NCBI RefSeq assembly: GCF_009914755.1
Contig: NC_060925.1
Strand: one strand, 5' to 3'
DNA length: 64,000 bases
Origin: the human T2T-CHM13v2.0 reference genome, Homo sapiens
Shown: positions 48,086-62,326 of the stretch, in pieces
Numbering within the stretch: position 1 is the first letter of the stretch
How the letters are laid out: every line of letters begins with the position of its first letter
The notes under the pieces: model-generated
The model's input: the letters and a program-made list of their open reading frames with translations, nothing else
The model's database searches: none
What the model was told of the DNA's origin: nothing
Position numbers and translations under genes: made by a program

Positions 48086-50564
48086 CCCAGACACCAGCTC
48101 CCAAGTTCTTTGCTGGACCACCTCTCGCCACTGCCACCACTGTGCTGCTGCTGCTATGTGGAGTCACCACCATGTGCCAGGGCCTATAATTCCCTCATCC
48201 GATTCTCTCAAATCCTTCCAGGTGAGTATCTTGACCCCTATTTGCGGGTGACAAAACTCAGAGGGATGAAAGAGTCCCCTGGACATGGTAGGTGGCCACA
48301 GACCCCCCTGTAACTCCACATCAAAGCCCCTAGATGCAGTGGGTGGGGTACAGGGTGCCCCTAGAGGGCTTTGAGGGCATGAAATTGGAATCACAAAAGA
48401 ATAGATTCCTGTGCTGAGAAATAAGTTATCTACGAGGCTTGTATGATAACTAATAGTAAGGATTTGGGAAAATTGCCTGAATCCTATCTCCTACTGCACA
48501 TTAATACAAAATAAGGAGCCTTATAATTAACACTTAGCTGTTCAAAGGAATATAATCCCCCGGCACTTCTATTGATCTAAGGGAATTGCTTTTTTAAAAA
48601 AGTAATTTTTATTGTAAAAGTAATATATGCTCATTATAGAAAACTGAGAAAATAGAGAAAACTCTGAAATGACTATGAATAACTCATATACCTATCATCC
48701 AGTTTTAACTTACAACAGAGAAGTTTTCTTTAAACGATGTAATAGTTGGAAAGGTCAATTCTTAAAAACATGACATGGCTTTAGGTTATGTTCTGATTCT
48801 AACTAGCTGCATGACTTTAACAAGTTATTTTACCTCTGGAATCTCAGTTTCTTTGCAGGCAATAACATCTGGATTAAGCCACCTGTCAACAGGATTTATG
48901 AAAGTTCAACATCAAAAATATATTGTAGCACTTAGCATGGTGACTGGAGCATAACTGCTTCCCAAGAAGGGTTAATTTTCTTTTTTATTTCCTTTCTTTG
49001 TAACTTTGAATCCCAGGTTTATTTTTAAAGAAAAAAGACAAAGGATATTTACTGTCTCATTCTAAACATGTTTACCAATAAGCTACCAGTTTCTATTCTG
49101 ATATGGTTTCTGCACTGGTAGAGAAGAAATTAAATTCCTTGACCTGAGGGTTAAGACGTTTCTTTTCTAAGTTCATATGACTACTTTATTCTACAAAGAT
49201 TAAGGGTCAATTTTTTTGTTTGTTTGTTTTGCATATATTGTTCTTTAGTTTTATTACAATATTAGAAAAAAATCAGTGTAAATTATACCAAAATCAGTTT
49301 TTAGGGTTAACTCTCAAATAAGAAAGAATAAGAATCTTATTTGAAAAAAATGTCTATTAGACATTGTTATACTGCTATCAATTGGAAGCAGACAGCATGT
49401 TGCCTTGATAAACTTAGTTTTTCTTTTTTTGTATATATTCAGGAAACAAAATCAAAGTAATTATAGCTTCTCTTATTGAAGAGCTCACAATCAAAAGAGT
49501 AAATTACAATTTTGGCCAATTTTGGTGATAAATGCTATGATAGAAAGATGCTCAAAAAAGGATGTGCAAGCAGGCTGGAAAGTCAGGGAAAGCTTCCTAG
49601 AGCAGGTCCTTGAGCTAAGTTTTGGCATAGCCATCCAACAGGAAAAAAAAGAGAGGGAGCAGGACAGTCAAGCAGAAAAGACATTGGGAAGACGTGTGGC
49701 CATGAAAGGTAATGTCTTTTTCCAGGAACTAGAAGAAACCACATTTAGTAGCTATGTGTTGCACACTGTTCTAAGCAGGGAATTCACTATAGGGACACCC
49801 AGAGACCCAAGCATCGAAGGGAGTAACACAGATAGGTTTCAAGAATGAACTAGAACCAGAGAACCAAGACTACCCCCAACAATGTCTTTCCACCTCTCCA
49901 GACAAGCTTTCTCTGCTTCTCTGATCTGTATCACCTAGAGCACAGCTGCCATATCCTCTGGATTTTTCAGTTCTCGAAATGTCTAAGGAGGGGATTAACT
50001 GGCTCAGCATAAGTCAGTAGTGACTGGGGAACAAAGCCAATTTTAGGAAAAAGGACAGATGTGCCTGTGGCCATGCTGCTATGAGGGATGCACAAAGGAG
50101 CAATTCCACAAAAGAGGGAGGCAGATAATCCCACCAGTCTCGTATATGCAGGCAGTTGCTGATGAATCTTGGGAGTCTGGCAGGGGGCTGAACGACAAGT
50201 TTTTTTTTTGTTTGGGAAGCTAAACCATATTCATCTCATGCTGAAAGCTATAAGCAAGCTTTGAAAGATCTAGAGTAAGGAATGATACAAGAGTCAAATC
50301 TCTGTTTTAAAAAATCACTCTGGTAGAGGCTTTCAGTTAAACTTAATGGACCAAATATGGATGCATTTATCTTCATTCCCTCCCAAAACACCAGCCCAAA
50401 GTGACAGCCATAGTATTTATAAAGAAACAAACACATACAGAGAAAGTGAACAGGGGAGGAGAGAGTGGCTGATAGATAGAACATTATCAAATATTTGGAA
50501 GATGAATTAGAAATGGGCTAACAGGGCAGAAGCTGAACGCTGATTGCCTACAGAGGGGGTATCA

Positions 50565-50898
<334 letters not shown>

Positions 50899-51207
50899 TC
50901 AGAAAGAGCTGGTATTTGGAGGCACTAGATTCCAACAAAGGCAAGGATGAGGTCTCAGGCTGAAAAGAGGTCTGGCTAAGACTATATACAGAACAGTTAG
51001 ACAGCCAGAGCCCCTCCCCTTCCCCATGCAGTCAGGTGACCAGTACTCTCTCACCCTTTAGGAGACCAAAGGTCTATTTGGTAGCTCCAGAAACCCTAAA
51101 CTTGCAGACACAAGGCACAGTGAAGAGCAAGGGAAGAAGCCCTGCTAGAAATAGAAGAGTTAAGTGAAATTTGGGTCCTAAAATATAAGACCTCAACCCT
51201 AAACCTC

Positions 51208-51349
51208 TGTATTAGTTTGTTCTCACACTGCTAATAAAGACATACCTGAGACTGGGTAATTTATAAAGAAAAAGGGGTTTAATGGACTCACAGTTCCACA
51301 GGGCTGGGGAGGCCTCACAATCATGGTGGAGACAAAGGAGGAGCAAAGG
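51208..51349 (-). mobile_element. THE1 (C/D-like) LTR 3' fragment
   Basis: TGTATTAGTTTGTTCTCACACTGCTAATAAAGACATACCTGAGACTGGGTAATTT; truncated at ~51349. Confidence 0.88.
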
Positions 51350-51932
51350 AGATGTTTATGGGTTCAAGTTGATAAGGGGTGGACTTGTGATGGTTAACAT
51401 TGAGAATCAACTTGATTGGATTGAAGGATGCAAAGTATTGTTCCTGGGTGTGTCTGTGAGCTGTTGCCAAAGGAGATTAACATTTGAGTCAGTAGACTGG
51501 GAGAGGCAGACCCACCCTCATTCTGGATGGACACTATCTAATCAGCTGCCAGTGAAGCTAGAATAAAGCAGGCAGAAGAATGTGAAAGGACTAGATTGGC
51601 TGAGTCTTCCGGCCTTCATCTTTCTCTGGTGCTGGAGGTTTCTTGCCCTTGAATATCAGACTCCAAGTTCTTCGGCTTTTGAACGCTTGGACTTACACCA
51701 GTGATTTGCCAGGGGCTTGTAGGCCTTTGGCCACAGACTAAAGGCTGCACTGTCAGATTCCCTATTTTGAGGTTTTGAGACTCAGACTGGCTTTCTTGCT
51801 CCTCAACTTTCAGATAGCCTATTGTGGGACTTCACCTTGTGATCATGTGAGCCAATTCTTCTTAATAAACTCCCTTTCATATATATATCTATTCTATTAG
51901 TCCTGTCCCTCTAGAGAACCCTGACGAATACA
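51350..51932 (+). mobile_element. HERV-L 3' remnant: polypurine-tract region (51350-51385) plus MLT2A LTR (51386-51932)
   Basis: GGGTTCAAGTTGATAAGGGGTGGACT then TGTGATGGTTAA...CTAGAGAACCCTGACGAATACA. Confidence 0.88.
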
Positions 51933-52349
51933 CCCCCCTTCCCTGTCTGTTATCAGAATACCATAAACTAGACTCCTGCCTCTTCTCAAGCGACAGATTA
52001 AGGACTCTTCTACAGAGAAATAGATTGGTTCCAGAGAAAATACCAAAAGATACAAATATTTGGAAGGAGGGAGAAAAGGATATTACATACAGTAAAAAAG
52101 CTGACAAGAGTGAAGTCTATTTGTTGATAAGCTTCTCTCTGCTCCCATCCCAACCCCACTTGCATAGTTTCTAATCAGCTCATAATTGCCTTGCACTTGT
52201 ATATGAACAAACAGCCAATGAGCAGCTGACATTGAGGAAGGTTTCCAGTAAGAAATTCTCAGTCTACAATAAGCAGAAAATACATCCAGCGAAAGCAAAG
52301 ATATTGCAGGGAACATAGAAAAGGCATAATTTTAAAAGGACCATTATCA

Positions 52350-52730
<381 letters not shown>

Positions 52731-53150
52731 CTATAAATGAAAAGCATGATCACTTAAATTTTAAACAAATATATTTAAAAGGGTTTGAAGATAAAGTTTA
52801 GAAATCATCACAGGAAGAAACACCAAAGGCAAAGGAATGGCAAGAGGAGAGAAAAGATTTTAAATTAGAGAATCAACTCAGGAAACAAAGATCTGACTAA
52901 ATGGAGCTTTCGGTGGGGGAAGGTGAAGGGAAAAGAAGAGAGAAAAGACATAGAGGCGAAAGTTTTCTGCAAAATTATGTAGAAAATTGCCTGGAACTAC
53001 AGACATAAGTTTCTAAATTAAAAGTACCCCTTGAGAATCCAATACAGTGACTTAGGGGAAAAGGCTTACAATGAAGCATATTACTGTGAAATTTCAGAAT
53101 AACAAGAATGAGAAGTTGAACATAAAAACTTAGAGAGAAAAAGATAAAAC

Positions 53151-53611
53151 TTTCATGCACGTCCATGTGGAGAGACCACCAAACAGGCTTTGTGTGAGCA
53201 CATAGATGTTTATTTCACCTGGGTGCAGGTGGGCTGAGTCCGAAAAGAGAGTCAGCAAAGTGTGGTGGATTATCATTAGTTCTTACAGGTTTTGGGATAG
53301 GCGATGAAGTTAAGAGCAATGTTTTGTGGGCAGGGTTGGATCTCACAAAGTACATTCTCAAGGGTGGGGAGAATTACAAAGAACCTCCTTAAGGGTGGGG
53401 GAAATTATAAAGAACCTTCTTAAGGGTGGCGGAGATTACAAAGTACATTGATCAGTTAGGGTGGGGCAGAAACAAATCACAATGGTGGAATGTCATCAGT
53501 TAAGGTTATTTTTACTTCTTTTGTGGATCTTCAGTTACTTCAGGCCATCTGGATGTATACGTGCAAGTCACAGGGGATGCCACGGCTTGGCTTGGGCTCA
53601 GAGGCCTGACA
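53151..53611 (-). mobile_element. LTR7 (HERV-H) solo LTR, LTR7B-like with type II repeats
   Basis: Reverse complement begins TGTCAGGCCTCTGAGCCCAAGC and ends CATGAAA; tandem ~32-bp AAGGGTGG repeats; 5-bp TSD AAAAC. Confidence 0.9.
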
Positions 53612-54651
53612 AAAACAAAATAAACAAACAAGCAAACCAAACAAAAATGAACCAACCAACCAGACCAAAACTGCTCACAAAGAATATGGAAAGAGAATGA
53701 CACTAATCTTTGTAAAGCAATACTAAATGCTAGGAATCAATGAAACACTATTTAGAGAAAATGATTTACAACCCAAAGTCTGCATTCAGCCAAATGATTA
53801 ATCAAGGATAAAGGTAGAATAAAGACATTTTCAAACATTCAAGGATCAAAAATTGTACCTCCTGCACACAAAATCATAGAGCAATAAGTTAGTATGTACT
53901 TCTGCAAAATGAGCACAGTAAACCAAGAAATAGGAATATGTAGAACCAAGGAAACAGAAAATCAGTATGGAAGAATGGTCATGGGAAATTCCCAAACAGC
54001 AATGCACCAAGCCTGGTAATCAATGAGTCCATACAGGAGCAGAATATGGGACTGCAGGAGTGAGATCATCAGAAACAAAAGGAGCTAAAGGAAAGTTTGG
54101 AACTGTGTGAGGTAATTGGAAGAATTACTAAGTACTCAAGAGATCTGTTGAAGTATTTGAAAAAAATATACTAGTAGACACAGAAAGTTAAGGAAATTGA
54201 AAAAAAGGATGCAAATATTAATTCTAGGAAAAATGAAAATCTGTAAGAGAAAGGAAATATAATTATGACATACAAACTGGGGCTCTAAGGTAAATCACAG
54301 TTGCAACACAGTCATAATAAGGTAAAACTGACTATTGACATAACTTGAAATAAACGTATTGAAAAGATTGGAGAAGTGGGGATAGTGATAGAAGAAATTT
54401 ACATCTGCAGTCACCAGGGCAAGATATAAATAGATAGTTTCAAAAGTGTTAAACCAAGATATAAGAATATAAGCATATTATTAACCACATTATTATTATA
54501 TTATGGAACATAAAAATATACACCAGAAAGAAAAAAACAGTTAAGAGAGTAAAAATTTGTTGCATTAGAGGAACAAAAGCTGGGGGAACAAATGGGGAGA
54601 AGGGACTACTATATTTCATTAAAAGCTATTTTATATAGTTGATTGTTTTAA

Positions 54652-54991
<340 letters not shown>

Positions 54992-56739
54992 TTAAATAGC
55001 ATTTTTATAAGAAAGAAAGATAATCACTCTGCCCTTACCTAGTATGGTAGGGACTATTTATATCTAAAGAATTTGGAAAAGCCGTCTAGGAAATTTGTTC
55101 ATTTTGCAAGATTTTGGAAAATCTACAAAATCAATGGCTGAAATATCTGAGAGGGCTGTATGGAAGCATGCTTTCATATTGGACTTTCCAATGGAAAATT
55201 ATGTCTTGAACTCTCCAGACTCTATCCAAGAAGGTCTATGGTTCATCTAATTTATTTCGATGTAATTTCTGCACCAAACTAAGCATCAGGATTCTGCCAG
55301 AATAAACTAGGGAAACTTCCAAAGCATTATAACTCTGAGAAAGGCCCAGGTAAGCAGAAACTGCAGCTGAAGTGATCCATTTATTGATCAGAAAGTATTT
55401 GCTGACTATCTACTATTGGATAGTGGTAAATAAGAAAGATATATTTTCTGTCCTCACAGAGCTTGACTTCTTCTGTGATAGAACTTGTGAATGTTCAGAC
55501 ATTTGCCTAACTAAAAATAATAACCCTGCAATTATGTAGTGCTTTTCAGATTACAAAAGTACTTTCTCAAACATAATTTCATGTTACTTATGAAAATTTT
55601 ACAAGTGCGAATTATTATTATCTTTTTAGGGAAGTTAAGTAAATTATAATTGCTAATTATAATGACTATATTATGAGTATTTAATACACATGATACTCTC
55701 AAGGCATGGTCTTTATAAGCAGGATCCCATTTAATACTCACCTCAACCTTGTAAGATTAGTAGTATTAGTATCACAATTTTCTGGGTAAGAAATGAAGAC
55801 ACAAAAGAGTTCTCTCTCCTGTGTTCCAATCCAGTGCTCTTTCCATGAAACTAGAGAACTCTAATCTTAACATAAGCCTCCTTAGTCTCTGCAAAAGCCC
55901 ACTTTATTTATGCTTCTACTGTATGCCACTATTATAATCCTTGAAATTGTCCAAGACGCACCTGTCTCAGACCGATTCCTTATCCAGATGGACTCTGAGC
56001 TCTCATACAGTTCCTCCTTGGTGATTGGACTGATTTTTGCTGGGAATAATGGTATCACACTAATTTACATTTTTTCAACTTTTTTCTTAACTCAGATTTG
56101 ACCTGACCTTTTAATATTTTAAAAATCTTCATGCACCAGGTACTGTGCTAAGTATGCAACACACATTTTCCCATCCATTTGTTTCTTGAGAAAAAGGAGG
56201 CAACAGCAACTGAAGTTTAGATAAGCCAAATCACTTCCTCAAGATGACAGAGGCAGAAAGATTTTTCAGTCAGTTTCAAATCAAGGTCATTAGGTTAATA
56301 CTCTTTCTACTGAAGCACTCTGCCTCCTACTACATGCATTGATATCCAGATACATACATAAAAGTGCATACATGGGTTTATAGATTTAAATTGAAATGTA
56401 ACAAACATTAATTTGCACAGAGCACTGTGCTGGTTACTAAAGAATAGAGGAAGGACTATAAAGATTAATAACAAAATTATATTTTCATATCTAAGACCAG
56501 TTGTTTAAGATAGGGTCAGGGAGTTGATAGAGAAGGTCAGTTTTTGCATGTGTGAGAAAGAACCAGGCAGACTTTTGATAAATTCGTGCTGACATTTCAG
56601 GTTTAAATCTGGATGATCCCCAAATACAAACAGTGCCATTTCTATCAAGTAGTTTTCTTGTCCCAGAATTTTGCTGAGCAAAACGTCCCTCATACAACGA
56701 AAGATAATAAGATATGCAAAAAAGTAGAATTTGACTTAT

Positions 56740-57390
56740 AGTTAAGAGAAAACTCAAGCAAAGAAAATTGGCTTACAGATGATAAAAAATGAGAATTCAA
56801 TTGACTTAGAGATGACAAAAAAATGAGAATTCACAAATTAGAACTTTAACTATGATAAATATTTTTTAAATCCTCAGAAAAAGTTGGACACAATCAGCAA
56901 AGAAATGGGGAATTTCAGAAGAGATTTGAAACCTGTAACAAGGAAGCAAATATGAATTCTAAAATTGAAAATGGTAATATCTGAAAAAATTTAAAAATTA
57001 TTGGATGGGATTAACAGTAGAATGGGCATAATAGAATAAAGCATTAGTGAACATGAGTAGAGGCCAATAGATATCTAAAACTCAGAGACAATAAAATTTG
57101 GAAAAAATAGTAAACAGAGCCTCAGTGACCTGTATGACAATATTGAGCAGTCACTCTTATGTGTAATTATAATTTCAGAATGAGAGGAGAGAGATAATGG
57201 GACAGAAAATTATTTTGATGAATTATTTTGATGACTTATTAGCTGAAGCATTTTCCAAATTTGATTTTTTAAAATGTGTATGCCAAGAAGTTCAGTGAAT
57301 TCCAAGTAGAATAAAAACAAAGAAACCACTCCTAGGCACATCATAGCTAAATTCCTAAAAATCCAGGTAATGGAAAATATTAAAAGCAGC

Positions 57391-57424
<34 letters not shown>

Positions 57425-58460
57425 CACACAACATAAGTGGGAAACATAGTAAGATAAACAGAAGACTTCTCAAGAGAATCATGGGAGAGCAGAAGGCAAT
57501 GGAAGTACTTTAAGGTACTTAAAGATGAAAAAGGCCTGTCAATCGAAAATTCTCTATTTCAGTAAAAATATTTTTCAAAAATAAAGGAAAGTAACTAAAT
57601 ATTCAGGTAAATTAAAATGGAGACAATTTGTTGCCAGCAGAATCACACTACAAGAAATGCTAAAGTTAAGTTATTCAGGCTAAGGGGAAACAATACCAGA
57701 CAGAAGACATTAAAAATACTTTCTTAAAGGACTATTGACATCTTAAATCAAAAACAATTATAGCATATAGAAGGGTATATAACACATGTAGAAGTAAAAT
57801 ACATGACAATAGATCACAAAGAAAAAGGGATGGGGTTAATAGAATTATACAATTACTGAGTTATTACATTATTCACAAAGTAGCACAATATAAGTAACAA
57901 TTTTATTTGAAGGTAGGATGTAAGTCAAGGTGCATACATAATTTATATAGCAAGCTCTAAAAATTAACACAAAAAGCATAGGCAAAGTCAACAGAGATAA
58001 AAATTAAATACTGAAAGAGTACCTGAGTAACCAAAAGGAAGTCCAACTTAAAAGGATAGAGGAACAAAGAAGAAACAGAACAATAAAAAACAAATACCAA
58101 GATGAAAGATTTAAATCCAACTCTATCTTAATTACATTAAATGTAAATAGACTAAATACCATGTAAAAAGCAAAGATTGTCTGACTGGATAGTGGGACAA
58201 GACTTAACTATATATCATTTACACATAATGCCCTTGAAATACAAAAACACAGAGAAGTTGAAATTGAAAGAATGAAAAGCTATACAATGCAAACACTAAA
58301 CAAAATATGTTGTGACTATATTAATACCTGACACAATAGATTTCAAGACAAACAATATTACTAGAGGTAAAGCAAGCAACTTATAATAATAATTAAAGAA
58401 AAGGTCAATTCATCAGGAAGCTATAACAATCTGAAACATATATGTACTTAATAGCAAAAC
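56740..58460 (+). mobile_element. Old L1M ORF1 to ORF2 N-terminal relic, non-coding; contains (CA)n at 57393-57421
   Basis: AAACAGAGCCTCAGTGACCTGT...CCTAGGCACATCATAG...TTACATTAAATGTAAATAGACTAAA...TCAATTCATCAGGAAG; many stops. Confidence 0.8.
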
Positions 58461-59796
58461 CAGACAAATCATGGAGTCCAAGATATTGCTCCCTTGCAAA
58501 ACCCAACCACCAAAAATAGTATCATAAGCTTCATTTGTAATTGTAACTCTCACTCCTCCTTGTTGTTTTTTAGCTGAGAGAGAAAAATAATTCTATAGAT
58601 CAATGTTTGTGTACCTCTAGCTTCATTTACCCATGTCTCTTTCTGGGAAACAGATAAGCATCTATTCATTCAATACACATTTATCAAGTGCTTACTAGAT
58701 ATATGAGTATACAAAGCCTCTATTTTGTGCTATGCTCTGTGATGGGTGGTAGGAAATCAGTGAGTAACTAACACAGCCCCTTATGATTAAAGCATCCATA
58801 GACTAGTTGAGAATCCAGAGTAAATACATGCTATTATACCCTGAGATGCATGTAATAATAGGAGGACACGTGCAAATACTTTGATGCAAATTTTTAGGAA
58901 AGCACACTATATTGGGTCCTATAAAGCCAAAGGTATTACTATTAAAATTTACTTTCAAAGAATCTCATTGCTATCTTTGATATGACAGCCTCTCTTGGTC
59001 TCAGCTTTGTTATGTACTAAAGAAAGAGCTTGGGAGCCTATGTTCCTTTTTCTCTACTCTTACTATGTGCAGTATGTAAATTGTGACATACCATTTCCCT
59101 CTAGGATCCAAGTTCCATATCATTGTGTTGGGCACATGAACCAATATGGATTGTATGGACAGAACGTATGCCATCTGCGTGTTTAAGGAAACAAATTTGT
59201 GGAAATCTAGCTTACAATGGAATCCAGTAGGATCTTGTATTCTTTACTACATGATCTAATATAATGGCATTAAATTAAATATGATATTTATGGAGAGCCA
59301 TCCAGTTAATCTTCTCTGCTGGAAAAACAGTCCACACATGACTAGAGGGAGACAAAAATATTACTTGGGGAACCAAGCAATTATATTGTGAAGAGAGGGA
59401 AAGAAAAACAAATTTTATTTCTTCATTCAATCTCCTGATTTTTATCCAATGAATGACTTTCTTGGCAAACAGTGACACACAGAATGTTCATTAAGAGAGC
59501 CTGGCAGCTTGTCCTTGAATTCTTTTCAAATGTTTAGTGTGCTGCAATCCAATTAAATGATACAGGAAGGCATTAAAAAGCATGGAATAATACCACGGAG
59601 AGTACCCTGGTAACAGGAAACAACAAAGACAGGGACCTGGGGCCCAGGTTCAAGGCTAGGCTCCTCTTCTCTCTTGCTGAGCAGAGAATCTTTTGTTGGT
59701 GTTGGCCAATATTGTCAAATCAGTCACTCCAAACCCAGTCAGTGAGGTGATGAGAGACTTACTTTTGATTTAAGTACCAGGCAAATCAAGTACCAG

Positions 59797-60228
59797 TGTC
59801 AAGCCTCCGAGCCCAAGCTAAGCCATCACATCCCCTGTGACCTGCATGACTACATCCAGATGGCCTGAAGCAAGTGAAGAATCACAAAAGAAGTGAAAAT
59901 GGCCGGTTCCTGCCTTAACTGATGACATTCCACCATTGTGATTTGTTCCTGCCCCACCTTAACTGAGCAATTAACCTTGTGAAATTCCTTCTCCTGGCTC
60001 AGAAGCTCCCTCACTGAACACCTTGTGACCCCTGCCCTGCCTGCAAGAGAAAAACCCACTTTGATTGTAATTTTCCACTACCCACCGAAATCCTATAAAA
60101 CTGCCCCACCCCTATCTTCCTTGCTGACTCTCTTTTCTGACTCAGCCCACCTGCACCCAGGTGATTAAAAAGCTTTATTGCTCACACAAAGCCTGTTTGG
60201 TGGTCTCTTCACAGGGACACACATGACA
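59797..60228 (+). mobile_element. LTR7 (HERV-H) solo LTR, LTR7C-like
   Basis: TGTCAAGCCTCCGAGCCCAAGC...CCTATAAAA...ATTAAA...CATGACA; 5-bp TSD ACCAG (59792-59796, 60229-60233). Confidence 0.9.
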
Positions 60229-60461
60229 ACCAGGACTAGGCAAAACACATTCTTGGCCAAAAGAAGCTCTAGGTGAACAAGGAAGAGATGTAATCAGAAA
60301 CACAAGAGGGATGAAATATAAATATAAAAGTGTAGACCAGTAAGGGAGCTGAAGTGGCATGGTATGAACAAATTGAAGAAGAATGAAAGAAAATGAAAGT
60401 TAAATAAAGCAGAGAGGGAGGGAGGGCAACTGCAGGAAAGAGCAGGTGGAATGACTGATAG

Positions 60462-60855
60462 CCAATGGTGTGCTGGTAAAATTTAACAACCAGCTCTGTG
60501 AGAAAAACCAAAGTCCTTATTTGTAGCATTTGCTTATTTCTGTGGTATAAATAATCCCACCATGGCTGATTCCATGCTACCAACAAGGATGTCACTAAAT
60601 ATGGAGCTGGGAAGAGATATGCAATAGTAGCACACCATTATAAAGCATTTCTACTGGCTACCTATTTACAACAGATGTAAATAACTTCAAGTGCATAGGT
60701 AGTGAAGTAACCAGGAGGTGATGCATTTGGAGTATTAATTACCTTTGTTTTCAGTATAATTTATTTAAGTGTTGTTTCATATAATTTAATTTTTAACAAT
60801 GGCTATTCAATAGGCTTCTAAAATTCCAGATAATTTAACAGTTGGGCTCTTAGAA
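60462..60855 (+). mobile_element. MER63-type hAT-Blackjack transposon
   Basis: GGTGTGCTGGTAAAATTTAACAACCAGCTC...CCCACCATGGCTGATT...GGGAAGAGAT. Confidence 0.8.
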
Positions 60856-60864
60856 ACCATCTAG

Positions 60865-60888
60865 GTTTAAACTGAATTCAGTTTAAAC
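60865..60888. repeat. 24-bp perfect palindrome GTTTAAACTGAATTCAGTTTAAAC
   Basis: Equals its own reverse complement. Confidence 0.95.
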
Positions 60889-61399
60889 TGAAATTGGTAA
60901 ACTATCAGGTAACATTTCTCTTAGCAGTTAGGTTTGCTTCTCTGGGCTTAGGGACAGGGTTGGGGGAGGAGTGATAATGGTGTGGGCGTGGAGATTCTCA
61001 AAGTAAGTATTACTCTGCTGTCTTATTGTACAACACAACTTCTTTAATGAAGAGCCTGTAGGCTCTTCATTCATTCATTCATTCATTTATTCTTCCAGAT
61101 TCTGACTCCAGTAAGTTGGATTACATGTCCTTTCTCTTTATTGCCTTATGTCATTGTATATATTGTGATCTGGCATTTTTCACACTATACTCTAATTTGG
61201 TTTATCTTTCCCATTTGGAAGCCATCTGAGGGCAGAGCCTGCAAGGAGCCTTATCTTTGCTTGCCATGTGACTGGTCCAAAGCAAAGCATTCGCAGATAA
61301 TTTTTGAATGAATGAGTCATTACTGTAACTTGCTTCTATCCTGTTTGTGATATGCATCAATAAGAGATTTTCTATTTACTCCATCTTGTAGGATGTGGT

Positions 61400-61830
61400 A
61401 AGCATAGCAGAGTGAGAGCACAATGGGCTTTGGAGTCAAATAGCTCTTGCTGAAATGCAAGCTTCTTGACTCTGGGACTCAACTTCTGGGAGCCTCATTT
61501 AAAGGGCAGTCCACCTTGTAGAATTGTGAGAGAAAATTAAGACAGCACAGGTAAAAGTGCCTAGCAAGAAAATAACTACAGCTATAGTAGTTAACATTTA
61601 TTAAATGCTTACTATGTACCATTCATTGCTGTAATCATTTTATATGTATTAACTCATTTAATAACCCCTAGTAACACTAGTAGGCAATATCTACCATTAT
61701 CCCTATTTGACAGAAAGGAAACTGAGACTCTATGATGACTTATAACTTGCCAAAAATGTACACACAGTTCATGAGGGACACAGCTGAGGTTCTGAACCAG
61801 GTTCTCTCACTCCGGAGACAAAGTTCTCTT
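61400..61830. mobile_element. Two MIRs tail-to-tail (+ ~61400-61565, - ~61585-61830)
   Basis: GGGCTTTGGAGTCAAA...GTAAAAGTGCCTAGCA; AACATTTATTAAATGCTTACTATGT...GGAAACTGAG. Confidence 0.75.
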
Positions 61831-62281
61831 TTATCATATCAAAATGCTTCTTCCCAGAGGATAATACATTTTCCAAAGGCCTATAATATGATGATACATA
61901 TCACCATACCACCTGCCTCCCAAACATCTTGTCAATGTGAAACTGCCATCCTCTGTCCAATCTGTACTGCAGTTCCATTTTCCTCACCATATTTCAGAAA
62001 TCAGATTTCTTTCCTTATGTCAAAACCTCCACTTTCACTATGCTTCTCACCGAGACCCTGTGGATTCTTATACAGAACCTATGCTCCTACAACACCTGGC
62101 ATAATATTTTAAGAATGAAAGCATTAAAGTTTAATGATTTTTTTTTTTACTTTTTAATGCTTTCCCAAAAAATTTAGATGACTTAAAACATTTACAGTAA
62201 AATAGTGATAAAACAAAGTGAGGTCACTGAAACCAGAAATATGTGACTAGAAACAGAAAACAAAAATAGAAAATTCATAAC

Positions 62282-62284
<3 letters not shown>

Positions 62285-62325
<41 letters not shown>

Positions 62326-62326
62326 G
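62285..62326. repeat. (TA)n microsatellite
   Basis: Direct reading. Confidence 0.95.

Noticed and set aside
47757-48173. 138-aa ORF
   Set aside because: Largely MIR-derived; no recognisable domain
56740-58460. Possible coding L1 ORF1/ORF2
   Set aside because: Heavily degraded; no long ORF in the track
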